A stretch of 32,000 nt of DNA, taken from positions 3,210,001-3,242,000 of the forward strand of contig NC_000964.3 of NCBI RefSeq assembly GCF_000009045.1, given 5' to 3'. Position numbers and translations under genes: made by a program. Under the pieces are notes generated by a model. It did no database searches. It saw only the letters and a list, made by a program, of their open reading frames with translations, and had not been told where the DNA came from. Shown in pieces: positions 1-8,857 of the stretch. Position 1 is the stretch's first letter, and each line of letters begins with the position of its first letter. Source of the DNA: Bacillus subtilis subsp. subtilis str. 168 (GTDB taxonomy: Bacteria; Bacillota; Bacilli; Bacillales; Bacillaceae).

Positions 1-268
1 TTTTATCCTGAAATTTTTCTGCTGTAGCCCAATCGCTGAAATATGCGAGGCTTTTTTCAGTAGTGCTGATTTTATCATCAATGATGTGATCTAATATCTG
101 AACATTTTCCTTTGCGCTTTGCGTCATCTGTACATCAAGTGAGGCAACTGCTGATTGATAAGCGCTAACCGAAAGGGCGGTTATCGGAACAATTAAGATC
201 AGCAGGAAAGAAATAATAAGTCTCCTTGCAATTGATGATCTGCGAATAGTGGTGAGTGTTTTTTTCAT
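1..268 (-). CDS. tlpA: Methyl-accepting chemotaxis protein, N-terminal part only (gene runs off the left edge)
   Basis: Open minus-strand frame from ATG at 268, reading MKKTLTTIRRSSIARRLIISFLLILIVPITALSVSAYQSAVASLD..., similar in layout to the adjacent McpB N-terminus. The assignment to tlpA rather than mcpA rests on remembered gene order. Confidence 0.75.
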   Translation of the reverse strand, partial: MKKTLTTIRRSSIARRLIISFLLILIVPITALSVSAYQSAVASLDVQMTQSAKENVQILDHIIDDKISTTEKSLAYFSDWATAEKFQDK

Positions 269-303
269 TTCCTTTTGAACCTTCTTTCAATAATTTACAA
301 ATT

Positions 304-311
304 ATATCGGC
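304..311 (-). promoter_or_regulatory. Sigma-D-type -10 element upstream of tlpA
   Basis: Minus strand reads GCCGATAT, the sigma-D -10 consensus, about 35 nt upstream of the start codon. The -35 is degenerate. Confidence 0.65.
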
Positions 312-409
312 GGATCTTCCTTTAAATTACATTGAAAATGGAGGAAAAAATGAAAAATAGTTCTAAATTCACCTGTTAAACTAGGACTTTATTATTGTTT
401 ACCATATAA

Positions 410-438
410 AAAAACAGCGCTTTGATAGCGCTGTTTTT
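410..438 (-). terminator. Intrinsic terminator of mcpB
   Basis: Perfect stem AAAAACAGCGCT / AGCGCTGTTTTT (410-421 / 427-438) just after the mcpB stop, with a T-run on the minus strand. Confidence 0.9.
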
Positions 439-444
439 CGGTTT

Positions 445-2433
445 TTACTCGATTTTAAATTGTTTCGTCAGATCGCGAAGCTCTTCTGCCATCTGCGCAA
501 GAGTCGTCGCTGAGGAACTGATTTCTTCCATGGAAGCAAGCTGTTCTTCAGCTGATGCGGCAATGTCCTGGATGCTTGCCGAGCTTTCTTTCGACACGTC
601 TGCAATGCCGCTGACTGCTGCTGAAACATGCTGTGAACGGTCTGACAGCTGCTCGACGGTGGAATTCATCGTCTGCAGCTTGCCCGCGATTTCGTTTGTC
701 ATGCTGAAAATGCTCTGGAAGCTTTCTTTTGTATTGTCTGTGACAACAAGTCCGGACTGTACTTCCTGATTGACCTCTTTAAACATGTGAAGAGAGGTGT
801 CGATTTCTGCGACGATTTCTTGGATCAGCTTTTCGATTTCTTTCGCTGAATCGGCTGATTGGACAGCCAGCTTGCGCACCTCCTCCGCTACGACAGAGAA
901 GCCGCGTCCTGACTCTCCGGCACGCGCCGCTTCAATGGCTGCATTTAGTGCAAGCAGATTTGTTTGGTCAGCGATTCCGTTGATGACTCTCAAAATGCTT
1001 GTGATGTCTTTTGATTTTCCTTCTAAGCCTTTGACAACAGCTTCAGCCTGCTGAACAGATTGATTAATCGAGTTCATTTGTCCGACTGTCTGCTGCACAA
1101 ACTTCTCACCCGTTCCGGCGATTTCCGTTGATTGGATAGATGCCTTTGTAATATCTGACGATGTTTGTGAGACTTGCTGGAGTCCTTCATTCATTAAGTT
1201 CAGCTGATGAGAGCTGGATTCAACCTTTTCGCTTTGCTCCTCGTTTCCGTTTGAGAACTGCTCAATCGCCATCGTAATATGCTCGGTGGCTTTACTCGTC
1301 TGCCCGGCAGATGCGGTAAGCTGTTCGGAAGATGCGGCCACATTGTTCACCGAGTCCTGAATAGCGCTGATCAGAGAGCGGAGAGATTGTCCCATTTCAT
1401 TGAAGCTTTCCCCAAGCTCTCCAAGCTCATCCTTTGAATGGATTTCGATCGTTTCGGTCAGATCCCCCCTGCTGATCGTTTTCGATGATTGAACAAGACG
1501 TTTTAACGGTTTTGTAATCGAACGAACGATAAACAGAATTAAAATTCCGCCTGCCACAATGGAAGCAATCAGCACAATCATTCCTGTTGTCAGCACAGAC
1601 TTTGAGGCATCCTTAATTTCATCCATATACATTGTGCCGGCTATTTTCCAACCAGTCAGTTCGTTTGTAGTATAGGTCATCTTTTTATCTTCGTTATTAA
1701 GAGTATACTGGAGTTCACCGCTGTCATTCGCATACATTTTGGCTACCCAGTCGCCTGAAAGCTTTTCTCCAGCCTTATGGTTCTTGTGGGCGACATAGGT
1801 TTTGTTTTTTGTTGCAATGAAAGCATAACCTTCTTTTCCGACCTTGATTTGTTTCATTTGTTCTAACAATTTATCAATGGTAATATCCATGGCGACAACG
1901 CCAGATCCGTCCTTCAGCTCCTGTGCAATGGTAATGACCATGCTTCCGTCACTCGCAGCCACGTAAGGATCTGTCACGACAATTTCACCGCCGGCCTTCA
2001 TCGCATCCTGGTACCAAGGCCGTTGTCTCGGGTCGTATCCTTCCGGCAATTTTTCTTTTGGCGCTTGTACATAAGTGCCGTTATCTGCGCCCCCATAAAT
2101 TCTGGCTACTCCTTGATTAATAGATACATATTGTGAAAATTTAGCTTTGATCTCTTCTTGATTTGATTTCCCTTTGAATGCGGATCTTTTAAGAGATTCA
2201 CTGAAAAAGGTGACTGCTTTCGCTTTTTCTCCCAGATCATTTGTAACAGTTGTATTAAATGTATCGACACTGTTTTTCGCATTTCCCATAATTTCCTGAT
2301 CCAGCTTTCCGCTGGCGCTTCGGTAAGAGCTAAATTCTAATATAAGAATAGGGATAATGAGAATCGCAATAAATGAGACGATTAATTTCTTTGAAATAGA
2401 CGGTTTCTTCAGCCAATTGATAAAAGTCTTCAT
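445..2433 (-). CDS. mcpB: Methyl-accepting chemotaxis protein (transmembrane receptor with double Cache/HAMP/signalling domain)
   Basis: 662 aa. Contains periplasmic ligand-binding region, HAMP and the conserved hairpin tip [37 protein letters not shown]. Length and sequence as in B. subtilis McpB. Confidence 0.95.
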   Translation of the reverse strand: MKTFINWLKKPSISKKLIVSFIAILIIPILILEFSSYRSASGKLDQEIMGNAKNSVDTFNTTVTNDLGEKAKAVTFFSESLKRSAFKGKSNQEEIKAKFSQYVSINQGVARIYGGADNGTYVQAPKEKLPEGYDPRQRPWYQDAMKAGGEIVVTDPYVAASDGSMVITIAQELKDGSGVVAMDITIDKLLEQMKQIKVGKEGYAFIATKNKTYVAHKNHKAGEKLSGDWVAKMYANDSGELQYTLNNEDKKMTYTTNELTGWKIAGTMYMDEIKDASKSVLTTGMIVLIASIVAGGILILFIVRSITKPLKRLVQSSKTISRGDLTETIEIHSKDELGELGESFNEMGQSLRSLISAIQDSVNNVAASSEQLTASAGQTSKATEHITMAIEQFSNGNEEQSEKVESSSHQLNLMNEGLQQVSQTSSDITKASIQSTEIAGTGEKFVQQTVGQMNSINQSVQQAEAVVKGLEGKSKDITSILRVINGIADQTNLLALNAAIEAARAGESGRGFSVVAEEVRKLAVQSADSAKEIEKLIQEIVAEIDTSLHMFKEVNQEVQSGLVVTDNTKESFQSIFSMTNEIAGKLQTMNSTVEQLSDRSQHVSAAVSGIADVSKESSASIQDIAASAEEQLASMEEISSSATTLAQMAEELRDLTKQFKIE

Positions 2434-2464
2434 GTCACTTGCTCCTTCAGGTTTGATACAGTAT

Positions 2465-2472
2465 ATATCGGC
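2465..2472 (-). promoter_or_regulatory. Sigma-D-type -10 element upstream of mcpB
   Basis: Minus strand GCCGATAT about 32 nt upstream of ATG 2433, with an A/T-rich TTTTAAAA block at the -35 side. Confidence 0.7.
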
Positions 2473-2559
2473 TGCTTAAAAAAGTTTTAAAATAAAAAAT
2501 GGAAGAAGTTCTTTTTGGCTGTCTTCTGCCTTTTTAACTTTCATTGCCCAAGCTCTTTG

Positions 2560-2568
2560 CATATCTTA
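2560..2568 (+). promoter_or_regulatory. Sigma-K-like -10 of tgl
   Basis: CATATCTTA matches CATANNNTA and lies about 23 nt upstream of the tgl start. Tgl is a known mother-cell spore-coat enzyme. Confidence 0.5.
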
Positions 2569-2590
2569 TAAAAAACAAGGGGGGCTAAAC

Positions 2591-3328
2591 ATGATTATTG
2601 TATCAGGACAATTGCTCCGTCCCCAGGATATTGAAAATTGGCAGATTGATCAAGATCTGAATCCGCTCTTAAAAGAGATGATTGAGACGCCTGTTCAGTT
2701 TGATTATCATTCAATTGCTGAACTGATGTTTGAGCTTAAACTGCGGATGAATATTGTAGCAGCGGCAAAGACGCTGCACAAAAGCGGGGCGAAGTTTGCC
2801 ACTTTTTTAAAAACATACGGGAATACAACGTATTGGAGGGTTTCACCGGAGGGCGCCTTGGAGCTGAAATACAGAATGCCGCCTTCAAAAGCGATTCGGG
2901 ACATTGCAGAGAACGGCCCGTTTTATGCGTTTGAATGCGCAACCGCAATCGTTATCATTTATTACTTGGCCTTAATCGATACAATCGGAGAAGATAAATT
3001 CAATGCCAGCTTTGACAGAATTATTTTATATGACTGGCATTATGAGAAATTGCCGATATATACGGAAACAGGACACCACTTTTTCCTTGGAGATTGTTTG
3101 TATTTTAAGAATCCTGAATTTGATCCGCAAAAGGCGCAATGGAGAGGCGAAAATGTGATACTACTGGGGGAAGATAAATATTTTGCCCATGGTCTTGGAA
3201 TCTTAAACGGAAAGCAAATTATTGATAAGCTGAATTCTTTTAGGAAAAAAGGAGCCTTACAGTCAGCCTACCTTCTGTCTCAGGCGACCAGACTGGATGT
3301 TCCGTCTCTTTTCCGCATCGTCCGCTAA
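2591..3328 (+). CDS. tgl: Protein-glutamine gamma-glutamyltransferase (spore coat transglutaminase)
   Basis: 245 aa with AFECATAIV catalytic-Cys context. RBS AAGGGGGG precedes the ATG. Confidence 0.96.
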   Translation: MIIVSGQLLRPQDIENWQIDQDLNPLLKEMIETPVQFDYHSIAELMFELKLRMNIVAAAKTLHKSGAKFATFLKTYGNTTYWRVSPEGALELKYRMPPSKAIRDIAENGPFYAFECATAIVIIYYLALIDTIGEDKFNASFDRIILYDWHYEKLPIYTETGHHFFLGDCLYFKNPEFDPQKAQWRGENVILLGEDKYFAHGLGILNGKQIIDKLNSFRKKGALQSAYLLSQATRLDVPSLFRIVR

Positions 3329-3364
3329 AAAGCCCCATCGCCTATTTTCCGGACGATGGGGTTT
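3328..3364. terminator. Bidirectional-looking terminator between tgl and the converging small ORF
   Basis: Hairpin CCCCATCG ... CGATGGGG (3333-3340 / 3354-3361), with an A-run upstream and TTT downstream. Confidence 0.65.
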
Positions 3365-3596
3365 CAAATGCCTTTCGTTTTCGATAGAAGGGGGCTGTGC
3401 CAAAATATTGGTTCGCAGCCCACTCCATTTTTTCAAGGTCATTTCTTGTCACGATTGGATCCTGGCTGCTCCATTTGATAAAGCGGACAAAATAGTAGCC
3501 TTTGATAGGAACCATTGTAACTTTTGAGTGAGGCCAGCCTTCAAATACAAACTCAATTTTCCCTCTTTTTTTATAAGAATATTGAAGAATGTTCAT
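3342..3596 (-). CDS. Conserved small protein of unknown function (84 aa, [25 protein letters not shown]...)
   Basis: ORF track extends to GTG 3605, but the SD GAGGTG is best spaced for ATG 3596 (GAGGTG-ACAGAT-ATG). Amino-acid composition looks like a real gene. Confidence 0.7.
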
Positions 3597-3724
3597 ATCT
3601 GTCACCTCAGTTTATCAAGTTACGTTCGGCAAAGCTCGGTACGTTTACATCCATTGATTAACTATCCCTCATGCAGGCTTTCCGGAAAACAAAGGGTGAG
3701 GCGCGTGTCTCTTTCCCTCGCTTT

Positions 3725-3829
3725 TTATTTCGCATATGGACGAATGCCAAGCACGCCTTCATTCGATAAAGCCGCAGCGTGGGCGGGTGTGACAAGCCCT
3801 CCGGCTATCGGCGCTTGTTCAGCGATCAT
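3725..3829 (-). pseudogene. Remnant resembling the N-terminus of nitronate monooxygenase / 2-nitropropane dioxygenase-like flavin oxidoreductase
   Basis: Minus-strand frame MIAEQAPIAGGLVTPAHAAALSNEGVLGIRPYAK* (34 aa) resembles the family FMN-binding start '(I)QAPMAGG(I)..P.LA.AVSN.G.LG'. No continuation of the domain is visible. Confidence 0.55.
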
Positions 3830-3853
3830 GCTTTTGTCATAAAAAACAGCCTA

Positions 3854-4252
3854 TTATCCCATCATTTTGATATAGCATGTCCGGGTGCGAGGCCCGTCAA
3901 ATTCGCAGAAATAAATGCCCTGCCACGTTCCAAGAATAAGCCGGCCGTTTTCCACAATGACATGCTGTGAAGCTCCGACCGTACTCGACTTCATGTGTGC
4001 AGCTGTATTGCCCTCCATATGGCGGTCCAGCTCATGTTCCCACGGATATACCTCATCAAACCTTCTGAGCATATCTTTTTTGACGTCCGGATCGGCATTT
4101 TCATTAATTGTAATGCCCGCAGTCGTATGCGGACAGTAAATCAGCGCTGCGCCGCTCGTTATACCTGTTTCTTGAAGAAACGCTTCCACCTCCCGGGTGA
4201 TATCTATCATTTCATCTCGTTTGGTTGTTTTGATTTGCAGTGTTTTCAGCAT
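3854..4252 (-). CDS. yugU: YjbQ/UPF0047 family protein (secondary thiamine-phosphate synthase-like)
   Basis: 132 aa from ATG 4252 with SD AAAGGAG; motif [19 protein letters not shown]. The longer track start at 4282 is not needed. Confidence 0.9.
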   Translation of the reverse strand: MLKTLQIKTTKRDEMIDITREVEAFLQETGITSGAALIYCPHTTAGITINENADPDVKKDMLRRFDEVYPWEHELDRHMEGNTAAHMKSSTVGASQHVIVENGRLILGTWQGIYFCEFDGPRTRTCYIKMMG

Positions 4253-4346
4253 TTGTTTCTCCTTTCGTTTGTCCGCTCTCATCGCTTAATTCGTTCTGTG
4301 TTCTTTTTTTTCCTGTTAAACCGCTCTCATAAACCCGATAAAACAA

Positions 4347-4375
4347 AAAAACTCCAGTCTAAGGCTGGAGTTTAG
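4347..4375 (-). terminator. Intrinsic terminator of yugT (overlaps its stop codon)
   Basis: Stem AAACTCCAG / CTGGAGTTT (4349-4357 / 4365-4373), T-run on the minus strand. Confidence 0.8.
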
Positions 4376-6036
4376 CACCATAGATATATTCTTGCTTCAT
4401 ACGGCTTTAAGAGTACTGATGTCATATGCTTGTGCGGCTCTGTTTCAATATTTGACAAGACGAGTGCATCTGATGACAATGGCAATCCAGAGTGCCTGAA
4501 CAACGCCGGTGTTCCTGTCAGATTGGCCGCAATCAGTGCAGTATGGCTCTCGTTTTTCCGAAGATATGCAAAGATTTGCTGATCTTCCGGTAAAATGAGC
4601 TCGTATGTCCCGTTAATAAAAACATCATATGTTTGGCGCAGCTTGATCAAGCTTTTGTAAAAATGGTAAACGGATGTTTTATCGTTTTTTTGCGCCTCGG
4701 CATTCAGCCATTTGTAATTCTCATTGATTCCGATCCACGGTTTGGCCTCAGAAAATCCGGCGTATGGACCAGCATTCCATTGCATCGGCGTTCGCGAATT
4801 GTCTCTTCCCTTTTTCCAGACAATCTTCATCACATCCTCGTGTGATGTGCCTTTCGCTGTTTTTGTTTCATACAGGCGTTTCAATGCGACATCATCATAG
4901 TCCTCAATAGATGGAAAAGCCACGTTCGTCATCCCGAGTTCCTGTCCCTGATAAATAAACGGTGTGCCTTTCATGAGAAAATAAACAGCGGAAAGCGCTT
5001 TTGCACTTTCTTTCAGGTACACTCCGTCGTCTCCCCACACAGAAACTGAACGGGGCTGGTCGTGATTCTCCATAAACAAAGCATTCCAGCCGATCCCTTC
5101 CAGACTGTCCTGCCAGTCAGTTAAAATTCGTTTAAATGCAACGATATCAATACTTTCATTGATCTCTACATCCCACAGGCCGAGATGCTCAAATTGAAAA
5201 ATCATGCTGAATATGCCGTTTTTTTCTCCAGCCCAATCAGCTGCTTCTTTTGCAGCGACGCCGTTTGCTTCACCAACTGTCATAATCGGATAGCGGGAAA
5301 ATGTGTTTTCCTTCAGCTCTGTTAACAAATCCATAATGCCGTCAGCATTCATATGATAAGGAAAGGAAGGGACATAGTCCAGTCCCTTTGGATTCGGCAT
5401 GTCAGGAAACCCTTCTTTTTTCTTAATATGCGTAATGGCATCCACCCGAAATCCGTCAATTCCTTTATCAAGCCACCAATTGATCATGTCATAAACGGCA
5501 TTCCTCACCTTTTCATTTTCCCAATTCAAATCAGGCTGTTTTTTATCAAAAAGGTGCAGATAATACTGGCTTGTCTTTTGATCATACTCCCAAGCCGGCC
5601 CGCCGAAAATGCTTTCCCAATTGTTGGGCGTTTTTCCGTTTTTGCCGTCTTTCCAAATATACCAGTCGCGCTTTTCCGAGTGTATGGATGAACGGGATTC
5701 TATGAACCATGGATGTTCGTCGCTTGTGTGGTTCACAACGAGATCCATAATCAGCTTCATATCCAGATCATGAATGTCACCAAGCAGCTCATCAAAATCT
5801 TCCATCGTGCCAAACTCGCTTAATATGTTTTGATAATCCCTGATATCATAGCCATTATCGGCATTCGGTGAATCATACAGCGGGCAAATCCATATGACGT
5901 CAGCGCCCAGCTCTTTTATGTAAGAAAGCTTGGTTCTGATTCCTTGAATATCCCCGATTCCGTCGCCATTTGAATCTTTAAAACTGCGGGGGTAAATTTG
6001 GTAAACTACGGCTTCCTTCCACCAAGCCTTTTTCAT
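4372..6036 (-). CDS. yugT: GH13 alpha-glucosidase (oligo-1,6-glucosidase type)
   Basis: 554 aa with GH13 motifs DLVVNHTSDEH, GFRVDAITHI and ENHDQPR. Confidence 0.94.
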   Translation of the reverse strand: MKKAWWKEAVVYQIYPRSFKDSNGDGIGDIQGIRTKLSYIKELGADVIWICPLYDSPNADNGYDIRDYQNILSEFGTMEDFDELLGDIHDLDMKLIMDLVVNHTSDEHPWFIESRSSIHSEKRDWYIWKDGKNGKTPNNWESIFGGPAWEYDQKTSQYYLHLFDKKQPDLNWENEKVRNAVYDMINWWLDKGIDGFRVDAITHIKKKEGFPDMPNPKGLDYVPSFPYHMNADGIMDLLTELKENTFSRYPIMTVGEANGVAAKEAADWAGEKNGIFSMIFQFEHLGLWDVEINESIDIVAFKRILTDWQDSLEGIGWNALFMENHDQPRSVSVWGDDGVYLKESAKALSAVYFLMKGTPFIYQGQELGMTNVAFPSIEDYDDVALKRLYETKTAKGTSHEDVMKIVWKKGRDNSRTPMQWNAGPYAGFSEAKPWIGINENYKWLNAEAQKNDKTSVYHFYKSLIKLRQTYDVFINGTYELILPEDQQIFAYLRKNESHTALIAANLTGTPALFRHSGLPLSSDALVLSNIETEPHKHMTSVLLKPYEARIYLWC

Positions 6037-6128
6037 ACAGCCACTCCTTCCCAGTGTACCGTTCTTATATATCCTATGTAGAAAAAGGTCTTTACAGCAT
6101 TGCTTTTTAAGAAATGACTTGATGACAC

Positions 6129-6161
6129 AAAAAACAGCCGTTTGTTCCCCGGCTGTTTTTT
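6129..6161 (-). terminator. Intrinsic terminator of yugS
   Basis: Perfect 12-bp stem AAAAAACAGCCG / CGGCTGTTTTTT. Confidence 0.85.
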
Positions 6162-6162
6162 A

Positions 6163-7452
6163 TCAAAAATCAGTTTTTTTTATTTCTACAAAACGGATGT
6201 GGTGATCTTCGGCGTCGAGGATTTTAAATTCACAGCCCTCCGCGTGTATCACATCCCCTGCTTTCAGCTCCATTTTTTGCGTTAGAAGCCAGCCTGCAAT
6301 CGTATCAATTTCTTCATTTTCAATCGCAATGTCGAGAAGGTCATTCACTTCGTCTATTAGCGCTTTTCCATCCATCACATAATGGTGCTCGCCCTTTTTC
6401 AGGATGTGCGGTGTTTCATCCTGATCATACTCATCGCGGATTTCCCCGACGATTTCCTCGATAATATCCTCTACAGTGACAAGCCCCGCCGTTCCCCCGT
6501 ATTCATCGACAAGAATCGCCATGTGAATCCGCTCCTTCTGCATGCGGATTAAAAGCTGCTGAACAGGAATGCTTTCAATGACTCTGATAACGGGCCTCAT
6601 GATTTGATTCAGCTTTATCGGCTGGCCGAGAAAATAAGCTTTAAACATATCTTTGCTGTTGATGATCCCTAAAATATGATCCTTGTCATCTTTGATGACA
6701 GGGTAGCGTGTATACCGTTCATTAATGATGTGATGAATTGCCTCTTCAAGCGACTGCTCCAGAGAGATAACCGCAATTTCTGTCCGCGGAATCATAATCT
6801 CTCTCGCTACCCGGTTGTCAAATTCAAAAATCTTATTTACATAGCGGAATTCAGACTGATTGATTTCTCCCTTTTCATAGCTTTCAGAAAGGATCAGCCT
6901 TAGTTCCTCTTCGCTGATGACAACCTGATGCTCCTTTACCGAATGAAAGCCAAACAATTTCACAAGAAAACTTGCAGAGCCGTTTAATGCTTTAATAAAC
7001 GGGTACGTGATTTTATAAAACCAGATCAGCGGCTTTGCAATCCATAAGCTTACAGCTTCAGCTTTTTGAATAGAAACCGTTTTCGGGGCAAGCTCCCCCA
7101 TCACCACATGCAAAAAAGTGACGATGATAAATGCAACTACAAATGTGACAATGTGGTTAAACGGTTCCGGTATGCCTGTCATTGTAAATAAGGGATGAAG
7201 AAAACGTTCAAATGTAGGTTCACCAAGCCACCCAAGGCCGAGGGCTGTAATCGTAATCCCGAGCTGGCAGGCTGATAAATACTCGTCAAGATTGGAGATG
7301 ATTTTATGTGCGGCTAGTGCTCGGCTGTCACCGCTTTCGATGAGCTGATTGATTTTTGAACCTCTGATTTTGACGATCGCAAATTCCGCTGCAACGAAAA
7401 CAGCCGTAATGCCAATCAAAACAAAAATGGCGATCAATTGTAAAATAAGCAA
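6163..7452 (-). CDS. yugS: Membrane protein with CNNM (DUF21) domain, paired CBS domains and C-terminal CorC/HlyC domain (putative ion transporter)
   Basis: 429 aa; MVEDIIEEIVGEIRDEYD-type segment. The predicted start is TTG at 7452. A stop codon in frame upstream within the hairpin limits other starts. Confidence 0.93.
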   Translation of the reverse strand: MLILQLIAIFVLIGITAVFVAAEFAIVKIRGSKINQLIESGDSRALAAHKIISNLDEYLSACQLGITITALGLGWLGEPTFERFLHPLFTMTGIPEPFNHIVTFVVAFIIVTFLHVVMGELAPKTVSIQKAEAVSLWIAKPLIWFYKITYPFIKALNGSASFLVKLFGFHSVKEHQVVISEEELRLILSESYEKGEINQSEFRYVNKIFEFDNRVAREIMIPRTEIAVISLEQSLEEAIHHIINERYTRYPVIKDDKDHILGIINSKDMFKAYFLGQPIKLNQIMRPVIRVIESIPVQQLLIRMQKERIHMAILVDEYGGTAGLVTVEDIIEEIVGEIRDEYDQDETPHILKKGEHHYVMDGKALIDEVNDLLDIAIENEEIDTIAGWLLTQKMELKAGDVIHAEGCEFKILDAEDHHIRFVEIKKTDF

Positions 7453-7482
7453 AAAAAGCCCTTACCATAAATGGTAAGGGGC
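7451..7482 (-). terminator. Terminator-like hairpin between yugP and yugS, overlapping the yugS start region
   Basis: Minus strand CCCTTACCAT-TT-ATGGTAAGGG followed by C and 7 T's. Confidence 0.65.
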
Positions 7483-7495
7483 CACCTCCTTAACG

Positions 7496-8173
7496 TTAAT
7501 TCTCATCACGACCGTTTAAGAAAATCATCACAAAACGAAGTAGTTCAAACAGGGAAACCAGGGCGGCGGCCACATACGTTAAGGCAGCAGCACTCAGCAC
7601 TTTATTTACCCCATTTTCTTCATTGTTTCGGATGAATCCTTCTGACACAATAATCTGCTTCGCACGTGAACTTGCATTGAATTCGACAGGCAATGTAATC
7701 AGCTGGAAAAAGACAGCCGCTGAAAACAGTATGATGCCAAGCCCGATCAAATTCAGGCTGCCGAGAAGCATGCCTCCTAAGAAAAGCAAAGGAGCTACAC
7801 CGGATGCAAAATTCACGACTGGGAAGATTTTATGTCTCAGCACAAGCGCACCATATGACTCCTGATGCTGCAAGGCATGTCCGACTTCATGGGAAGCTAC
7901 GGATATGGCGGAAATTGAGCGGCCGTAATAGACCGGCTCAGATAAACGCACCACCCGTCTTGTCGGGTCGTAATGGTCTGTTAAAGTGCCTCTTACCGGT
8001 TCGACCGGCACGTCGTAAAGACCGTTTATATCTAAAATCCGTCTTGCCGTTTCTGCCCCTGTACGTCCGCTTGAGGCTTCCACTTTTGAATATTTTTCAA
8101 AGTTGCTCTTTACTTTAAATTGTGCCCAAAACGACAATCCCAATGCGGCTATTGTTAAAAATATAAACAGCAT
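7496..8173 (-). CDS. yugP: Putative membrane neutral zinc metallopeptidase
   Basis: 225 aa, HExxH motif in VASHEVGHALQHQ, multiple transmembrane segments. Confidence 0.93.
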   Translation of the reverse strand: MLFIFLTIAALGLSFWAQFKVKSNFEKYSKVEASSGRTGAETARRILDINGLYDVPVEPVRGTLTDHYDPTRRVVRLSEPVYYGRSISAISVASHEVGHALQHQESYGALVLRHKIFPVVNFASGVAPLLFLGGMLLGSLNLIGLGIILFSAAVFFQLITLPVEFNASSRAKQIIVSEGFIRNNEENGVNKVLSAAALTYVAAALVSLFELLRFVMIFLNGRDEN

Positions 8174-8214
8174 TTTTTCATCATCCTTTGTTCATGATCA
8201 TTTCTCTATTACGA

Positions 8215-8487
8215 TTATTTTAATGAGTTTTCTTTCTCGTGTACAGAAATGCGCTTTTTCTTCCGGCTTGGAGCACACAATCCAATCAGCAAAAAGAACA
8301 GGCCTGCTGAAAACAAATAAAAGGCGAAACTGCCGGCCAGTTCTTTCAGAAAATGAAGCCAGGAGAAGCTTCCGGAAAAGTGATTATATGAATTCAAATC
8401 GAAAATAAACAAAATCACCGCGGATGCCGCCAGCTGCGTACCGATTAAAACCACGATCGTTCTTTGAAAGATCGTCATCTTTTTCAT
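8215..8487 (-). CDS. Small membrane protein of unknown function (two predicted hydrophobic helices); the start may be ATG 8478
   Basis: 90 aa ORF with SD AAGGATG, better spaced for the fourth codon (ATG 8478). Confidence 0.7.
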   Translation of the reverse strand: MKKMTIFQRTIVVLIGTQLAASAVILFIFDLNSYNHFSGSFSWLHFLKELAGSFAFYLFSAGLFFLLIGLCAPSRKKKRISVHEKENSLK

Positions 8488-8524
8488 CCTTTTTGTTTTA
8501 GTTTATGGAGAAATCCGGTTTTAT

Positions 8525-8857
8525 ATGTTTTGTACATTTTTTGAAAAACATCACCGGAAGTGGGACATACTGTTAGAAAAAAGCACGGGTGTGATGGAAG
8601 CTATGAAAGTGACGAGTGAGGAAAAGGAACAGCTGAGCACAGCAATCGACCGAATGAATGAAGGACTGGACGCGTTTATCCAGCTGTATAATGAATCGGA
8701 AATTGATGAACCGCTTATTCAGCTTGATGATGATACAGCCGAGTTAATGAAGCAGGCCCGAGATATGTACGGCCAGGAAAAGCTAAATGAGAAATTAAAT
8801 ACAATTATTAAACAGATTTTATCCATCTCAGTATCTGAAGAAGGAGAAAAAGAATGA
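8525..8857 (+). CDS. mstX: Mistic, membrane-associating protein upstream of the YugO channel
   Basis: 110 aa MFCTFFEKHHRKWDILLEKSTGVMEAMKVTSEEKEQLSTAIDRMNEG..., recognised as Mistic. Overlaps yugO as ATGA. Confidence 0.96.
   Translation: MFCTFFEKHHRKWDILLEKSTGVMEAMKVTSEEKEQLSTAIDRMNEGLDAFIQLYNESEIDEPLIQLDDDTAELMKQARDMYGQEKLNEKLNTIIKQILSISVSEEGEKE

Noticed and set aside
422-1054. Plus-strand ORFs 422-769 and 797-1054 opposite mcpB
   Set aside because: Serine/alanine-rich antisense frames inside a strongly conserved chemoreceptor signalling domain; no RBS support.
3297-3842. Plus-strand ORFs 3297-3527 and 3528-3842
   Set aside because: Antisense to, or downstream of, the better supported minus-strand small ORF. 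They have atypical composition and no SD, and span the tgl terminator.
3995-4375. 126-aa plus-strand ORF overlapping yugU
   Set aside because: Antisense to a conserved YjbQ-family gene, and ends in the yugT terminator region.
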